Positions 9,726-19,710 of a stretch of 64,000 bases of DNA are shown one piece after another (the stretch's first letter is position 1; each line of letters opens with the position of its first letter). Under the pieces are notes generated by a model. That model was not told the DNA's origin. It worked only from the letters and a program-made list of their open reading frames with translations, and did no database searches. The DNA lies in the NCBI GenBank assembly GCA_963768765.1, contig CAVYJK010000024.1, positions 26,167 to 90,166 on the forward strand, given 5' to 3'. This stretch comes from an uncultured delta proteobacterium (GTDB lineage Bacteria > Desulfobacterota > Desulfobaccia > Desulfobaccales > 0-14-0-80-60-11). Both the position numbers and the translations under genes were made by a program.

Positions 9726-11003
9726 ATGACCGAGTGTCCTTCCGGCGCCGATCCCAAGACCTGCGGGGTGGACCCCAAGTCCTGCCCGGGCTGCGACCCG
9801 GCGCACCATGCCGAAGAAAAGACCCAGGAAGAGCGGGAACTCCAGCGGTCCTTGAAGCAAATCCGCCACAAGCTGGTGGTGATGAGCGGCAAGGGCGGGG
9901 TGGGCAAAAGCAGCGTGGCCGTGGCCCTGGCCCTGGCCCTGGCCCGCCGGGGTAAGAAGGTGGGGCTCATGGACGTGGACCTGCACGGCCCCAACGTCCT
10001 CAGGATGTTGGGCCTCAAAGACCCCCTGGACCTGATGCACGCCCAGTTTCCCCTGCCGCCGGACCTGTTCGACTACCTCCGCGTGGTTTCCATCGAGATG
10101 CTGATGCGCAACCGGGAGATGGCGGTCATCTGGCGGGGGCCCCTGAAGCACCAGCTCATCCGCCAGTTCTTGACCGAAGTGCAGTGGGACTCCCTGGACT
10201 ACCTGGTGGTGGATTGCCCGCCGGGCACCGGGGATGAGCCCATGAGCGTGGCCCAGACCATTCCCGACGCCAAGGCCATCATCGTCACCACCCCCCAGGA
10301 GATCTCCCTGGCCGACGTGCGCAAGTCCATCAACTTCTGCCAGAAGATCAACCTGGAGCTCCTGGGGATCGTGGAGAACATGAGCGGTTACCACTGCCCC
10401 CACTGCGGCCAGGATTTGCCGCTGTTCAAGCGCGGCGGCGGCCAGCGGACGGCCCAGGCCGCCAAGGTGCCCTTCCTGGGGGCGCTGCCCTTCGACCCCC
10501 AGGTGGTGGAGGCCGCGGACCAGGGCCAACTGCTGGACGTCAAGGAGGCGGAGAGCCCCTTCTTTAAGGCCCTGCGGCCCATCGTGGATTACCTGCTGGA
10601 GACCCTGCCCCTGACGCCGGTTGCCACCCGGGAGCCGGGGGTCATGAAGTTCGCCCTGCCGGTGGACGACGGCAAGCTCTCGGACAAGTTCGGCCAGGCG
10701 GCGCAGTTCGCCATTATCAAGGTGAAAGGCGGGACCATGGAGCCCAAGGAACTGCGGCCCACGCCGCCCCACGAGCCCGGGGGCATCCCCGAATGGCTGG
10801 AGGACCTGGGGGTGACCCACGTCATCGCCGGCTCCCTGGGGGAAAAGGCCCAGAAGCTCCTGACCCACAAAGGCATGGAAGTCATCGCCGGGGCGCCTTT
10901 GGAGGCCCCGGAAGAACTGGTGGAGAAATACCTGAAGAAGACCCTGACCACCACCCGCGGCGCCGTCCACCCGGGCGGCTGCTCCCAGTGCACCACGGCT
11001 TAG
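9726..11003 (+). CDS. Mrp/NBP35 (ApbC-like) Fe-S cluster carrier ATPase fused to a C-terminal NifX/NifB-like (dinitrogenase FeMo-cofactor biosynthesis family) domain
   Basis: Deviant Walker A VVMSGKGGVGKSS. CPHCG motif. Cys-rich N-terminus. The C-terminal segment KFALPVDDGKLSDKFGQAAQFAII...GVTHVIAG resembles the NifX-like fold family. Confidence 0.8.
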   Translation: MTECPSGADPKTCGVDPKSCPGCDPAHHAEEKTQEERELQRSLKQIRHKLVVMSGKGGVGKSSVAVALALALARRGKKVGLMDVDLHGPNVLRMLGLKDPLDLMHAQFPLPPDLFDYLRVVSIEMLMRNREMAVIWRGPLKHQLIRQFLTEVQWDSLDYLVVDCPPGTGDEPMSVAQTIPDAKAIIVTTPQEISLADVRKSINFCQKINLELLGIVENMSGYHCPHCGQDLPLFKRGGGQRTAQAAKVPFLGALPFDPQVVEAADQGQLLDVKEAESPFFKALRPIVDYLLETLPLTPVATREPGVMKFALPVDDGKLSDKFGQAAQFAIIKVKGGTMEPKELRPTPPHEPGGIPEWLEDLGVTHVIAGSLGEKAQKLLTHKGMEVIAGAPLEAPEELVEKYLKKTLTTTRGAVHPGGCSQCTTA

Positions 11004-11094
11004 ATGTTTAGGGGAAGGGCTGATTGGGCGGAGGCCGCCTAGGCCCCAGCCAGCTTGCAAGAAATTGGGCGCCCCTGATGAGACGTCCGGGTTG

Positions 11095-11165
11095 GGCCCA
11101 AAAACCAAAAACCAAACACCAAAAACCAAAAACTAAAACCTAAAAACCGAAAAGGACTAAAAACT
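11095..11165. repeat. Simple A-rich short tandem repeat (AAAACC-like units)
   Basis: The sequence is CCAAAAACCAAAAACCAAACACCAAAAACCAAAAACTAAAACCTAAAAACCGAAAAGG. Similar tracts occur near 52085-52125 and 56290-56340. Confidence 0.7.
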
Positions 11166-11169
11166 GGCC

Positions 11170-11679
11170 TTATCCCGCCCCTGGGTCCTGCCCTCCCAGA
11201 TCTACTTCCCCCTCGCCCTCCTCCCAATGATGCGCCAGGAGGATGGCGTCTTCCTGGGTATCTTCGTAGTAGCGGGGCCGGCGCCCAACTTCCTGAAAGC
11301 CGAAGGAGGCGTACAGGTTCAGGGCCGGGGTATTGGAGGGCCGCACTTCCAGCCAGGCCATGGCCGCGCCCCGGTCCCGGGCCTGGCTCAGGGCCTCGGT
11401 GAGGAGGGCCCGGGCGATGCCCCGGCGCCGGCGCTCCGGGTGGACCGCCAGGTTGAGGATGTGCATCTCGTCGGCCACCACCCAGAAAACGAGGTAACCC
11501 CAGGTTTCCCAGGGCTGGGGAGGGGAGGGGCCGGCCACCAGGGTGCGGCTCAGGGTTTGCCCCAGTTCCGCCAGAAAGGACCAGCGGGACCAGGGAGAGG
11601 GGAAGGACTGTCGTTCGATGGCCCAGATGGCCTTCACATCCGCCAGGCCGGCCGGGCGGATGGTGAGGTCCCGGGTCAT
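11170..11679 (-). CDS. rimI: Ribosomal-protein-alanine N-acetyltransferase (GNAT)
   Basis: IERQSFPSPWS motif plus the GNAT acetyl-CoA loop RRRGIARALL. Confidence 0.8.
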   Translation of the reverse strand: MTRDLTIRPAGLADVKAIWAIERQSFPSPWSRWSFLAELGQTLSRTLVAGPSPPQPWETWGYLVFWVVADEMHILNLAVHPERRRRGIARALLTEALSQARDRGAAMAWLEVRPSNTPALNLYASFGFQEVGRRPRYYEDTQEDAILLAHHWEEGEGEVDLGGQDPGAG

Positions 11680-12080
11680 TTCTTTTTGCGGAGCACTTCG
11701 CTGGCCACGGTAATGCCTTTTTGACCGGACTGCTTCAAGGCCAGGGCCGCCTCCCGCAGGTCTGTTTTTTCCCTGATCTGGGCCAATTTCATGAGCATGG
11801 GCAGGTTGACGCCGGTGATGACCTCAACTTTGCCATCTTTGAGGAAGGGGAGAGTCAGGTTGGAGGGCGTCCCGCCCAGCATGTCGGTGAGGATGATGAC
11901 GCCGGTGCCGTTGTTCGCCTGGGCCAGGGCGCGCTGGATCTGGTCCCGGGAAACTTCCGGAGGGGCGGTGGGGTCCAGGGAAACCGCCCAGATTCCTTCC
12001 CGAGGCCCCAGAATTAGGTCATAGGTGCCCATGAGGGCCTCGGCCAGTTCTTTGTGGGTGACGATCAAAATCCCAATCAT
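11676..12080 (-). CDS. PTS EIIA component, mannose/fructose family
   Basis: MIGILIVTHKELAEAL (active-site His) and ILTDMLGGTPSN. Confidence 0.85.
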   Translation of the reverse strand: MIGILIVTHKELAEALMGTYDLILGPREGIWAVSLDPTAPPEVSRDQIQRALAQANNGTGVIILTDMLGGTPSNLTLPFLKDGKVEVITGVNLPMLMKLAQIREKTDLREAALALKQSGQKGITVASEVLRKKK

Positions 12081-12083
12081 AGA

Positions 12084-13004
12084 TTAATCTCCTAAGGCCC
12101 TCGGCATATCGCGATGGCTGAGGGTGAAGGATAAGTTGCCTTGGGCCAGGTGCTCGCTCAGGACGTTGGCGATGACCACCGAACGGTGCTGCCCCCCGGT
12201 GCACCCCAAGGCCATGGTGAGCTGGGATTTGCCTTCTTTCTGGTACAGAGGCAGCAGGAAATCGATGAATTTGAACAGGTGGTCGAGAAAATCCCGGGTT
12301 TCACCGTAGCTCAAGATGTAGTCCCGCACCCGGGGGTCGTCTCCGGTGCGGTGGGTCAGTTCTTCCACGAAATAGGGGTTGGGCAGAAAACGCACGTCCA
12401 GCACCACGTCGGCTTCCGGCGGGATACCGTTTTTGTAGGCAAAGGAGATGAGGTGGAGCCACATGCGTTCCCGGGGCATCAGGTCGGAGTACTCCGACTT
12501 GATGAGTTCCCGCAGCTGATGCGGGTTGTAGCAGGAGCTGTCGATGATGCGGTGGGCCAGGCCCCGGAGGCCCGCCAGGGATTGGCGCTCCTCCTTCAGG
12601 GCCTGGGAGATGGACTCCTGGTCCGCCAGGGGGTGCTGGCGCCGGGTCTGGCTGAAGCGCCGGATCAGGGCCTCTTCCGCGGCCTCCAGGAAGATGAGGT
12701 GCAGCTGAAACCCTTGCCGCTCCAAGCGGCGAAAGACCTGGGCGTAATTTTGCAAGAAGCCCTGGGTCCGCACGTCCATGACCAGGGCGATCTTGCGGTC
12801 GTCCCGGTCGGAGCCGGTCTGCATGTGCAAGAACGGGGGCAGCAGGCTTAAGGGGAGGTTGTCGACGCAGAAGTAGCCCACGTCCTCCAGGGCTCGCAGG
12901 ACGGTGCTCTTCCCCGAACCGGAAAGTCCGGTGATGATCAGGACGGGGAAGGGTGCTTGCGAAGGTTGGGCAGGCTGCTGCCGCGCCACTGGTTTCTGGG
13001 CCAT
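12084..13004 (-). CDS. rapZ: RNase adapter protein RapZ (P-loop, YhbJ family)
   Basis: LIITGLSGSGKSTVLRALEDVGYFCVDNLP and CTGGQHRSV. Confidence 0.9.
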   Translation of the reverse strand: MAQKPVARQQPAQPSQAPFPVLIITGLSGSGKSTVLRALEDVGYFCVDNLPLSLLPPFLHMQTGSDRDDRKIALVMDVRTQGFLQNYAQVFRRLERQGFQLHLIFLEAAEEALIRRFSQTRRQHPLADQESISQALKEERQSLAGLRGLAHRIIDSSCYNPHQLRELIKSEYSDLMPRERMWLHLISFAYKNGIPPEADVVLDVRFLPNPYFVEELTHRTGDDPRVRDYILSYGETRDFLDHLFKFIDFLLPLYQKEGKSQLTMALGCTGGQHRSVVIANVLSEHLAQGNLSFTLSHRDMPRALGD

Positions 13005-13071
13005 TTCCTGGAATTGAGATTCACCCCGGCCGCATGAGGAGCGCGGCCGCGGCCAAGAACTTGTGGACTCC

Positions 13072-13533
13072 CTAAAATTCTGCGTCCCGGTCGGCGACCA
13101 GGCGGTAAATCTCCTGGGCCCCCTGGGCCTTCATCAAATTATCCCGAAAGGCCTGGCTCATGAGCATGCGGGAGATCTTGGCCAGGGCCTTGAGGTGCAG
13201 ACCGGCGGAATTGACCGGGGCCAGCAACATGAAAAATAGGTGGGACGGTTTGCCGTCCATGGAGTCGAAGTCCACCCCCTTGAGACTGCGGCCGAAGGAG
13301 AGCACCAGCTGGGAGAGCTGGGGCAGCTTGCCGTGGGGGATGGCGATGTTGTCGCCGATGCCGGTGCTCCCCAGGCGCTCCCGGTCCAGCAAGACCTCCA
13401 TCACCTTGGGCAGCTCCAGTCCATCGGGGCCGGGCACCAGGGTTTTGGCCAGCTCTTCCAACGCCCCCTTTTTGTTGGCGGACTGCATGTCGGGCAAGAT
13501 GCACTCTAGGGCCAAGAGGTCGATGATTTTCAT
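13072..13533 (-). CDS. ptsN: PTS EIIA-Ntr
   Basis: GIGDNIAIPHGK active-site His region, and the position downstream of rpoN-hpf. Confidence 0.85.
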   Translation of the reverse strand: MKIIDLLALECILPDMQSANKKGALEELAKTLVPGPDGLELPKVMEVLLDRERLGSTGIGDNIAIPHGKLPQLSQLVLSFGRSLKGVDFDSMDGKPSHLFFMLLAPVNSAGLHLKALAKISRMLMSQAFRDNLMKAQGAQEIYRLVADRDAEF

Positions 13534-13550
13534 GGCCGGTCTATTTTCGC

Positions 13551-14075
13551 TTATCCCAGGTCCGGTTCCACCAGGACGAAGTTGCCGTCCTGACGCTTGT
13601 AAAGGATGTTCAGGCCGCCGCTGACCACGTTGGTGAAGACCAGCAGATCGGCGTTGCCCGTCTGCATCATCTCCACCGCGTCGCTGACCTGCAAGGCCGG
13701 CACCTCGGTGCGTTTGCGGCGCACCTGGGGCCGGGCCGGGCCTTCTGCCGCCGCGGCCAGGGGACCCGCCGACCGGCTCCGGTCACCTTTGCCGCTCCGC
13801 AGCTTGTCCCGGAACTTCTTCAGCTGCATATCGATCTTGTCCATCACCAGATCGATGGCGGCGTACATGTCGGCGTTTTCATCCTTTCCTTTAATTATCC
13901 GGCCATTATTGTCAATAGTTACATCGGCCAGGTGGCGAAATTTCTCCAGGCTCAGGACCACGTGGGCCTCCACCGGTCCGTCTAGATAACGCTTGAACTT
14001 GTTCAACCGGTCGGTGACATAATTTTTCAAGGCCTCAGACGGTTCAATGTGTCTGAAGGTCACGGAAATCTGCAT
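13551..14075 (-). CDS. hpf: Ribosome hibernation promoting factor (long form)
   Basis: The N-terminus MQISVTFRHIEPSEALKNYV is typical of the family, and there is a C-terminal dimerisation domain. The gene lies downstream of rpoN. Confidence 0.9.
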   Translation of the reverse strand: MQISVTFRHIEPSEALKNYVTDRLNKFKRYLDGPVEAHVVLSLEKFRHLADVTIDNNGRIIKGKDENADMYAAIDLVMDKIDMQLKKFRDKLRSGKGDRSRSAGPLAAAAEGPARPQVRRKRTEVPALQVSDAVEMMQTGNADLLVFTNVVSGGLNILYKRQDGNFVLVEPDLG

Positions 14076-14116
14076 AACTTCCTCCCATGCGGCTGTCTCT
14101 CAGAGAAGCCGGGATT

Positions 14117-15601
14117 TCAAGAGGCGTGGGTGTTGGGAAGGCTCTTGCGCCGGTATCCCGGTTTCTTCCGTTTGCTGGAAGAGAGCACCCCCAGCATCCC
14201 GCGGTATTTGGCCACGGTGCGGCGGGCGATGAGCACGTCCTCGCGGCGCAGGATGTCGGCAATCTCCTGGTCGCTCAGGGGGTTCTCCGGGTTCTCGGAC
14301 TGGACGATCTGGCGAATCTTTTCCTTGACGCTCTCCGAGGCGATCTGGTCCCCCATGGACAGGTTGATGCCGCTGTTGAAAAAGAACTTCAGGTCGAGCA
14401 ACCCCTGGGGGGTGTCCACGTACTTGTTGGTGGTCACCCGGCTGATGGTGGACTCGTGCATCTGCACGTCCTCCGCCACCTGCCGCAGGGTCAGCGGTTT
14501 CAGATGGGACAGGCCGGAGTCCAGAAAATCCCGCTGAAAGCGGACGATGCTCTCCGTGACCTTGTACAGGGTCTTCTGGCGCTGGAGAATGCTGCGGATG
14601 AACCAGAGGGCGTTGTCCAGGTGTTTCTGGATGTAGCTCCTGACGGCATCGGGGAGCTTGTCGGGGCCCCGCATGGCCTCCAGGTAATACGAGTTGACCC
14701 GCAGCTTGGGCAGGCCGTCTTCGTTCAGGCGGATGACGTAGTCGTTGCCCACTTTCTCCACGTGGACGTCGGGGTTGATGTAGTCCGTGTCCTCGCTGTC
14801 AAAGCCGCGGCCGGGTTTGGGCTCCAGCTGAAAGATGACTTCGCTGGCCCGGGCCACCTTCTCCACGGGCACCTTCAGGTCCCGGGCGATGGCCTGGTAG
14901 TTCTTGTTGCCCAGGGTGGTCAGGTGATGCTCCACAATGGCCCAAACCACCGGGTCCTGGGTCCCCAGGATCTTCAGCTGCAGCTGCAGGCATTCCTTGA
15001 GGCTGCGGGCCGCCACCCCCGGCGGATCGAAGCCCTGGATGACCCCCAGGACCCGTTCCACATGGGCTACGTCCGTGCCCCGCTCGGCGGCGATCTCCTC
15101 CACGGTGGCCCGGAGATAACCGTCTTTATCCAGGTTGCCGATGATCAGGATGCCGATGCCGTCGTCGGTATCGTCCAGCTCGGCCATGCGCAGCTGCCAC
15201 ATGAGGTGGGACTTGAGAGTAGTTTTCTGGGCATTGAGGCTTTCAAAAGGCAGGGCCTCCCTCTCCTCGTATTCACCCATGGGGGGAGGCATGAGCCGGT
15301 CTTTCAGAAAGTTATCCCAATCCCATTCTTCCACAACTGACTTGGTCTCGCCGTCCTCGGGGCCCGCTTCCGGCGCTGAGTCTCCGTTGTCGGAGAACTC
15401 CGGGGTCGCGGCCTCGCGCTCGCCGGTCTCCGGCTCTTCAAACTGCTCTTCTTCCAGGACCGGGTTGGTCTCCAGGACTTGCTGAATCTCACCCACCAGC
15501 TCCAGACGGGAGAGCTGCAGCAGCTTGATGGCTTGCTGCAACTTCTGGGTCATGATGAGGGATTGGGTTAACCTTAAAGTTTGCCGAATTTCTAAGGCCA
15601 T
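14117..15601 (-). CDS. rpoN: RNA polymerase sigma-54 factor
   Basis: The N-terminus has LxQxLxxxQxLQQAIKLLQLS. The C-terminal RpoN box is ARRTVAKYR. Confidence 0.95.
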   Translation of the reverse strand: MALEIRQTLRLTQSLIMTQKLQQAIKLLQLSRLELVGEIQQVLETNPVLEEEQFEEPETGEREAATPEFSDNGDSAPEAGPEDGETKSVVEEWDWDNFLKDRLMPPPMGEYEEREALPFESLNAQKTTLKSHLMWQLRMAELDDTDDGIGILIIGNLDKDGYLRATVEEIAAERGTDVAHVERVLGVIQGFDPPGVAARSLKECLQLQLKILGTQDPVVWAIVEHHLTTLGNKNYQAIARDLKVPVEKVARASEVIFQLEPKPGRGFDSEDTDYINPDVHVEKVGNDYVIRLNEDGLPKLRVNSYYLEAMRGPDKLPDAVRSYIQKHLDNALWFIRSILQRQKTLYKVTESIVRFQRDFLDSGLSHLKPLTLRQVAEDVQMHESTISRVTTNKYVDTPQGLLDLKFFFNSGINLSMGDQIASESVKEKIRQIVQSENPENPLSDQEIADILRREDVLIARRTVAKYRGMLGVLSSSKRKKPGYRRKSLPNTHAS

Positions 15602-15657
15602 CTGCTTGCCTTAAACTACCTGCCGATAAGTGCGGGAAGCCCGCCTGCCGATTATAA

Positions 15658-16380
15658 TTATAACTTAAAGGTCTCTCCCAAGTAAATTCTTTTGGCCAGT
15701 TCGCTATTGACCAGTTTGTCCGGGGGACCTTCCTCCAGGATCACGCCTTCGTTCAAGATGTAGGCCCGGTCGCACACCCCCAGGGCCTCCCGGACGTTGT
15801 GGTCGGAGATCAGCACCCCCAGGCCCCGCTCTTTCAATTCCCGGATAATGTTTTGAATATCCGTCACCGCCAGGGGGTCGATGCCGGCAAAGGGCTCGTC
15901 CAGGATGATGAAATGGGGTGAAGTGACCAGGGCCCGGGTGATCTCCACCCGGCGCCGCTCGCCGCCGGACAGGGCCGAGGCTTTCTGCTGGGCCAGGTGG
16001 CCAATCCCCAGGTCGGCCAGGAGTTTGTCCAGGCGCTCCTGACGGACCTTGGGGTCCGGTTCCAGGGTCTCCAGGATGGCCAAGATATTCTCCGCCACCG
16101 TCAGTTTCCGGAAGACCGAGGGTTCCTGGGGCAGATATTGCAGGCCCAGGCGGGCCCGGCGGTAAATGGGCAGGGTGGAGATGTCCTCGTCGTCCAGCAG
16201 AATCTTGCCGGCGTCGGGCTGCAGCAGGCCCAGGACCATGTAAAAGGTGCTGGTCTTGCCGGCGCCGTTGGGGCCCAGCAGGCCCACCACTTCGCCGCTG
16301 CGCACCTCCAGGGTGACCGCGTCCACCACCTTGCGGCCGTTGTAACTCTTGGTCAGGGCCTTAAGGACGAGGCGATGCAT
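15658..16380 (-). CDS. lptB: LPS export ABC transporter ATP-binding protein
   Basis: Walker A GPNGAGKTS, signature LSGGERRR, Walker B IILDEP, and synteny with lptA/lptC/rpoN. Confidence 0.9.
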   Translation of the reverse strand: MHRLVLKALTKSYNGRKVVDAVTLEVRSGEVVGLLGPNGAGKTSTFYMVLGLLQPDAGKILLDDEDISTLPIYRRARLGLQYLPQEPSVFRKLTVAENILAILETLEPDPKVRQERLDKLLADLGIGHLAQQKASALSGGERRRVEITRALVTSPHFIILDEPFAGIDPLAVTDIQNIIRELKERGLGVLISDHNVREALGVCDRAYILNEGVILEEGPPDKLVNSELAKRIYLGETFKL

Positions 16381-16383
16381 GTC

Positions 16384-17034
16384 TTAGCGCTGACGGCCTT
16401 TCCGGGCCTTGGGTTCCAGGAGGCCCCCCTGGGTTTCCTTGCCCCCGGGGGTGGTCTGGGAGTAGAGGACGGCCTCCACCCGCTTCTGGGGCGAGGACTC
16501 CACCAGGACCTTGTTGGTCTTGAGGTTGAAGATGATGCGCTCGCCTTTCAGGGTGTTCTCGGCCCGCCACAGCTGGGGATTGCCCTTAAGCACCACCTCA
16601 TCCCGGTCTTTGTAATAGGTGGCCTCCTCCCCGGTGGCCACCCGGTCTTCCTGGACGAAGCGCACCTGACCTTTGGCCACGATGCGGTCGATCTTCTCGC
16701 CTCCCAGGTCGCCCAGGGGCCCCTGGTTCTCCTCCTGGGGGGCGGGCGCCGCCTTGCCTTTGGGGGCCTCGGCCTTGGGCTTGAAGTAAACCCAGAGCTG
16801 GTCGGAGTACAAGGTGGAATCACCGTAATCGGCCTTCACCTTGCCGGTGAAGACGACGAGGCCGGCGTTCTGGTCGGCCTCCAGGCGGGCGGCGGTAATG
16901 CGCAAGGGAAATTCGCCCTGGGGCCCTTTTTTGCCGGGGGCGGCGCCTCCGGCCGGCGGCGCCGCGGTCGCCGGCGAGCCGGCCGCCAGCAGGACCAACA
17001 AGAGGGCAACGACTGACCATCGGAAATTCTTCAA
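16384..17034 (-). CDS. lptA: LptA/OstA-family periplasmic LPS transport protein
   Basis: Signal peptide, OstA-like beta-jellyroll repeats, and overlap/adjacency with lptC and lptB. Confidence 0.7.
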   Translation of the reverse strand: MKNFRWSVVALLLVLLAAGSPATAAPPAGGAAPGKKGPQGEFPLRITAARLEADQNAGLVVFTGKVKADYGDSTLYSDQLWVYFKPKAEAPKGKAAPAPQEENQGPLGDLGGEKIDRIVAKGQVRFVQEDRVATGEEATYYKDRDEVVLKGNPQLWRAENTLKGERIIFNLKTNKVLVESSPQKRVEAVLYSQTTPGGKETQGGLLEPKARKGRQR

Positions 17035-17621
17035 GGTTTAAATCCCCAATCGGTTTTTGGCTTGATTTCGGTGAGGCGGTGCTGGGCCAGGACCAATTTC
17101 TTTTGCGCCAGCTCCACCTTGAGTCCTTTCCCCTGAACCTTGAGGTTGGGCTCGGTGAGCACCACCTCTTCCGGGGCCAGCAAGAGCCGCTCGTTGGGCT
17201 GGTACGTGGCGATGCTGGTTTTGATGAGCAGGTCGCCCCGCTGCATCTCCACCTGCCCCTTCAAAGTCAAGACCCGGGTCTTGGTGTGGAACAGCCCTTC
17301 GTCCGCCCTGACCCGGATATGTTCCCCGGGTCCGAAGAACTCCACCCCCACCCCGGTGATGCTGACCTCCATCTGATCCTTGCGGAAATCCGCCTTCTGG
17401 GCTTCCAGAACCCAGCGCTTGTCGCCTTCCTGGATCTCGGTGAGGGAGAGCGCCTCCATGCGGGACTTGGCTTCGGCCGGGGGCTGAGGCTTGGGCGGCG
17501 GCGGGGGCGGGCGGCGGCCCCAGAGGCCCCAAACCGAAACCCCCAGAACCACCAGGCCCAGGCCCAGCAACCACTTCCACTTTCCTGAGGCCGCGGCCCC
17601 GGTTTTAAATATTTTTTTCAT
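17031..17621 (-). CDS. lptC: LPS export system protein LptC
   Basis: Single N-terminal TM helix, typical size, and a 4-nt overlap with lptA. Confidence 0.6.
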   Translation of the reverse strand: MKKIFKTGAAASGKWKWLLGLGLVVLGVSVWGLWGRRPPPPPPKPQPPAEAKSRMEALSLTEIQEGDKRWVLEAQKADFRKDQMEVSITGVGVEFFGPGEHIRVRADEGLFHTKTRVLTLKGQVEMQRGDLLIKTSIATYQPNERLLLAPEEVVLTEPNLKVQGKGLKVELAQKKLVLAQHRLTEIKPKTDWGFKP

Positions 17622-17767
17622 GCCAAATTTGCCAATTTTTTTTGATTATATTAGCCCCGGAGAGGAGTGTAAAGGTTAATCTGGTTTCTCGGGGAGGCGA
17701 GGCTCCAGGTTCCTGCCTTTCAGGCCGGCAGGCAGGCTGGTCTTGGGGGGCGCCGAGGCTCAGGCCC

Positions 17768-19612
17768 TCACTGCCGGCGCCGCTGAGCCTTAAAATTACG
17801 CAGCATCTCCTGAGCGCCCGCATTATGGGGATTTATTTTGACGGCCTTTTCAAACATGGCGATGGCTTGATCCAGTTCCCCCTGTTTCGCCAAAGCTATT
17901 CCCAAGTTGTTATAAGCTGCCGAATTGGGGTTAAGTTGGACAGCTTTTTGAAACATTCGAATAGCTTCACGATTCTCCCCCTGGTTTAGATAGTCTATTC
18001 CTAAGTTGTTATAGGCATCGGAAAAGTTTGGATCCATTTCTATAGCCTTTTTATACAACGCCATGGCGGCAGTGTGATTTCCACTATAATCATAAGCCAT
18101 TCCTAAATTGTTATAAGCGCCCACATGATGGCTCATGAACTGGAGGGCCGTTTGGAACATAGGGATAGCTTCGTCGATTTTATTTTGGTGGGCTAGGAGA
18201 GTCCCGTAGCTACTATAAGCCGGACCATAATCAGGTTTTATTCGGATCGCCGTTTGAAACGCCCGGGCAGCTTCATCAATCCGCCCAAGCTTTTCATATT
18301 CTCTTATTAAAACGCTATAGGCTATATAGTTATTTGCTGTCACCTTTAAAGCATGTTCAAAGAGAGACCTATTGTCACGCCAATAGCACACTTGAAACCA
18401 GGTAAGAGTCAGTAAGGTGGACAAAACCACTCCGGCGGCCACCCCGAGCCAAAGCCTCTGGCGCCGCCATCTTGCCGTAAGATCTGCAACCCCCCAGGCC
18501 AGAATGATGAAAATCCCGATGAGGGGCACATAAGTGTAGCGGTCAGCCATGGACTGGGTCCCCACCTGGACCAGGCCGATGACGGGGACCAGGGTTCCCA
18601 GGTACCAAAACCATCCCACCGGAAGATACGGGTACCTCCGTGCCGCTCTGAGGGCAATCAGGGAAAAGGCCAGGAGCAACAGACCGGGCGCGGCAACTTG
18701 ACCACCATGACAAGGCATGTTTGTAGGAACGGATAAAAGATGGCCAGATGTAAAGGCCAGAGCATTTTCCCCAGGTAGGCCGCATACGCGACGATCGCGT
18801 TGCCTAATCCGCGTGGAGAAGGGGATCTGCTCCAGGGAGGTCATGGCCGATTGCTGCGACATAGATGGTCAGGAGGCAAGAAAAGACGGCCAAAATCAGC
18901 AGGGGAACCTTTTCCCAGATCAATTGAGGGCGGCACGCTTCGGGTAAGCATTCTTGCCTCCCGGCTGGCCGGCGCGGGCCAGTTGGAGCCGGCCCAGAGG
19001 CCAGTAATCCAGCAGCAGCAGGACGAAGGGCAGGGTCACCAGCATGGGCTTGGCCATGAGGCCCAGGGTGAAGGACAACAATACCACCCCATACCTGCAC
19101 CAGGCAGGTCGGCGGGTATACCGCACATAGGCCCCCATGGTGATGAGCCAGAAAAAGGTACTCAGCACGTCCTTGCGCTCCGACACCCAGGCCACCGACT
19201 CCACGTGCAGGGGATGCAGGGCAAACAAGGCCGCAGTAAAGGCGCTGGGCCACAGCGCCCCGGTCATGCTTTGAAGAATTAGAAATAGCAATAAGACATT
19301 GGCTAAATGGAAAAATAGATTGGTCAGGTGATGGCCCCGGGGGTTCAAGCCATAGAGCTGGCAATCCAGCATGTGGGAGAGCCACGTCAGGGGATGCCAG
19401 TTGGAGGCCTGGGTAGCAGTAAAAGCCCAGGTGATGCTCCGGGGCGAAAGCCCTTCTTGCACATGACCGTTTTCGGTGACGTAGAGATTGTCATCAAAAG
19501 AATCTATGAAGCCAAGATTCTTTAATTGCCAAAAAGATACGATGGTCAGGGAAATTAGCAGGAGACCGACCAGCAATTTCAAATGGCGGGGAGAGCGGTT
19601 AACGGAGTCCAT
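17768..19612 (-). pseudogene. Membrane PMT/TMTC-like domain plus C-terminal TPR repeats, broken by at least 4 frameshifts (about 18955, 18860, 18790, 18715)
   Basis: The pieces lie in ORFs 18920..19612, 18804..19385 and 17768..18862. A fourth frame encodes GNAIVAYAAYLGKMLWPLHLAIFYPF. The C-terminus carries about 7 TPR units (AYNNLG repeats). Confidence 0.6.
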
Positions 19613-19710
19613 GCACTTGAAGGAATAAGTTGTCGGTAGTTATCTTGCCGCCTGGAATGGCAAAAGGATGCCGGGTCACTGGCATGGCGGCGCCAGGGCC
19701 GGCACTCTGG

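Noticed and set aside
9627-11129. 500-aa minus-strand ORF.
   Set aside because: It is antisense to the Mrp/NBP35 gene and runs through a simple repeat. It has no recognisable motifs.
14087-15340. 417-aa plus-strand ORF. Similar long antisense ORFs occur at 3345..4478, 15997..17016, 30099..31163, 37980..39044, 40129..41523, 43621..44613, 59652..60665, 59732..60637 and 61889..63334.
   Set aside because: Each is the mirror frame of a confidently identified gene (rpoN, hdrL, lptB/lptA, the ABC genes, dnaJ, korA, U32, mreB, yidC). None has an RBS or motifs.
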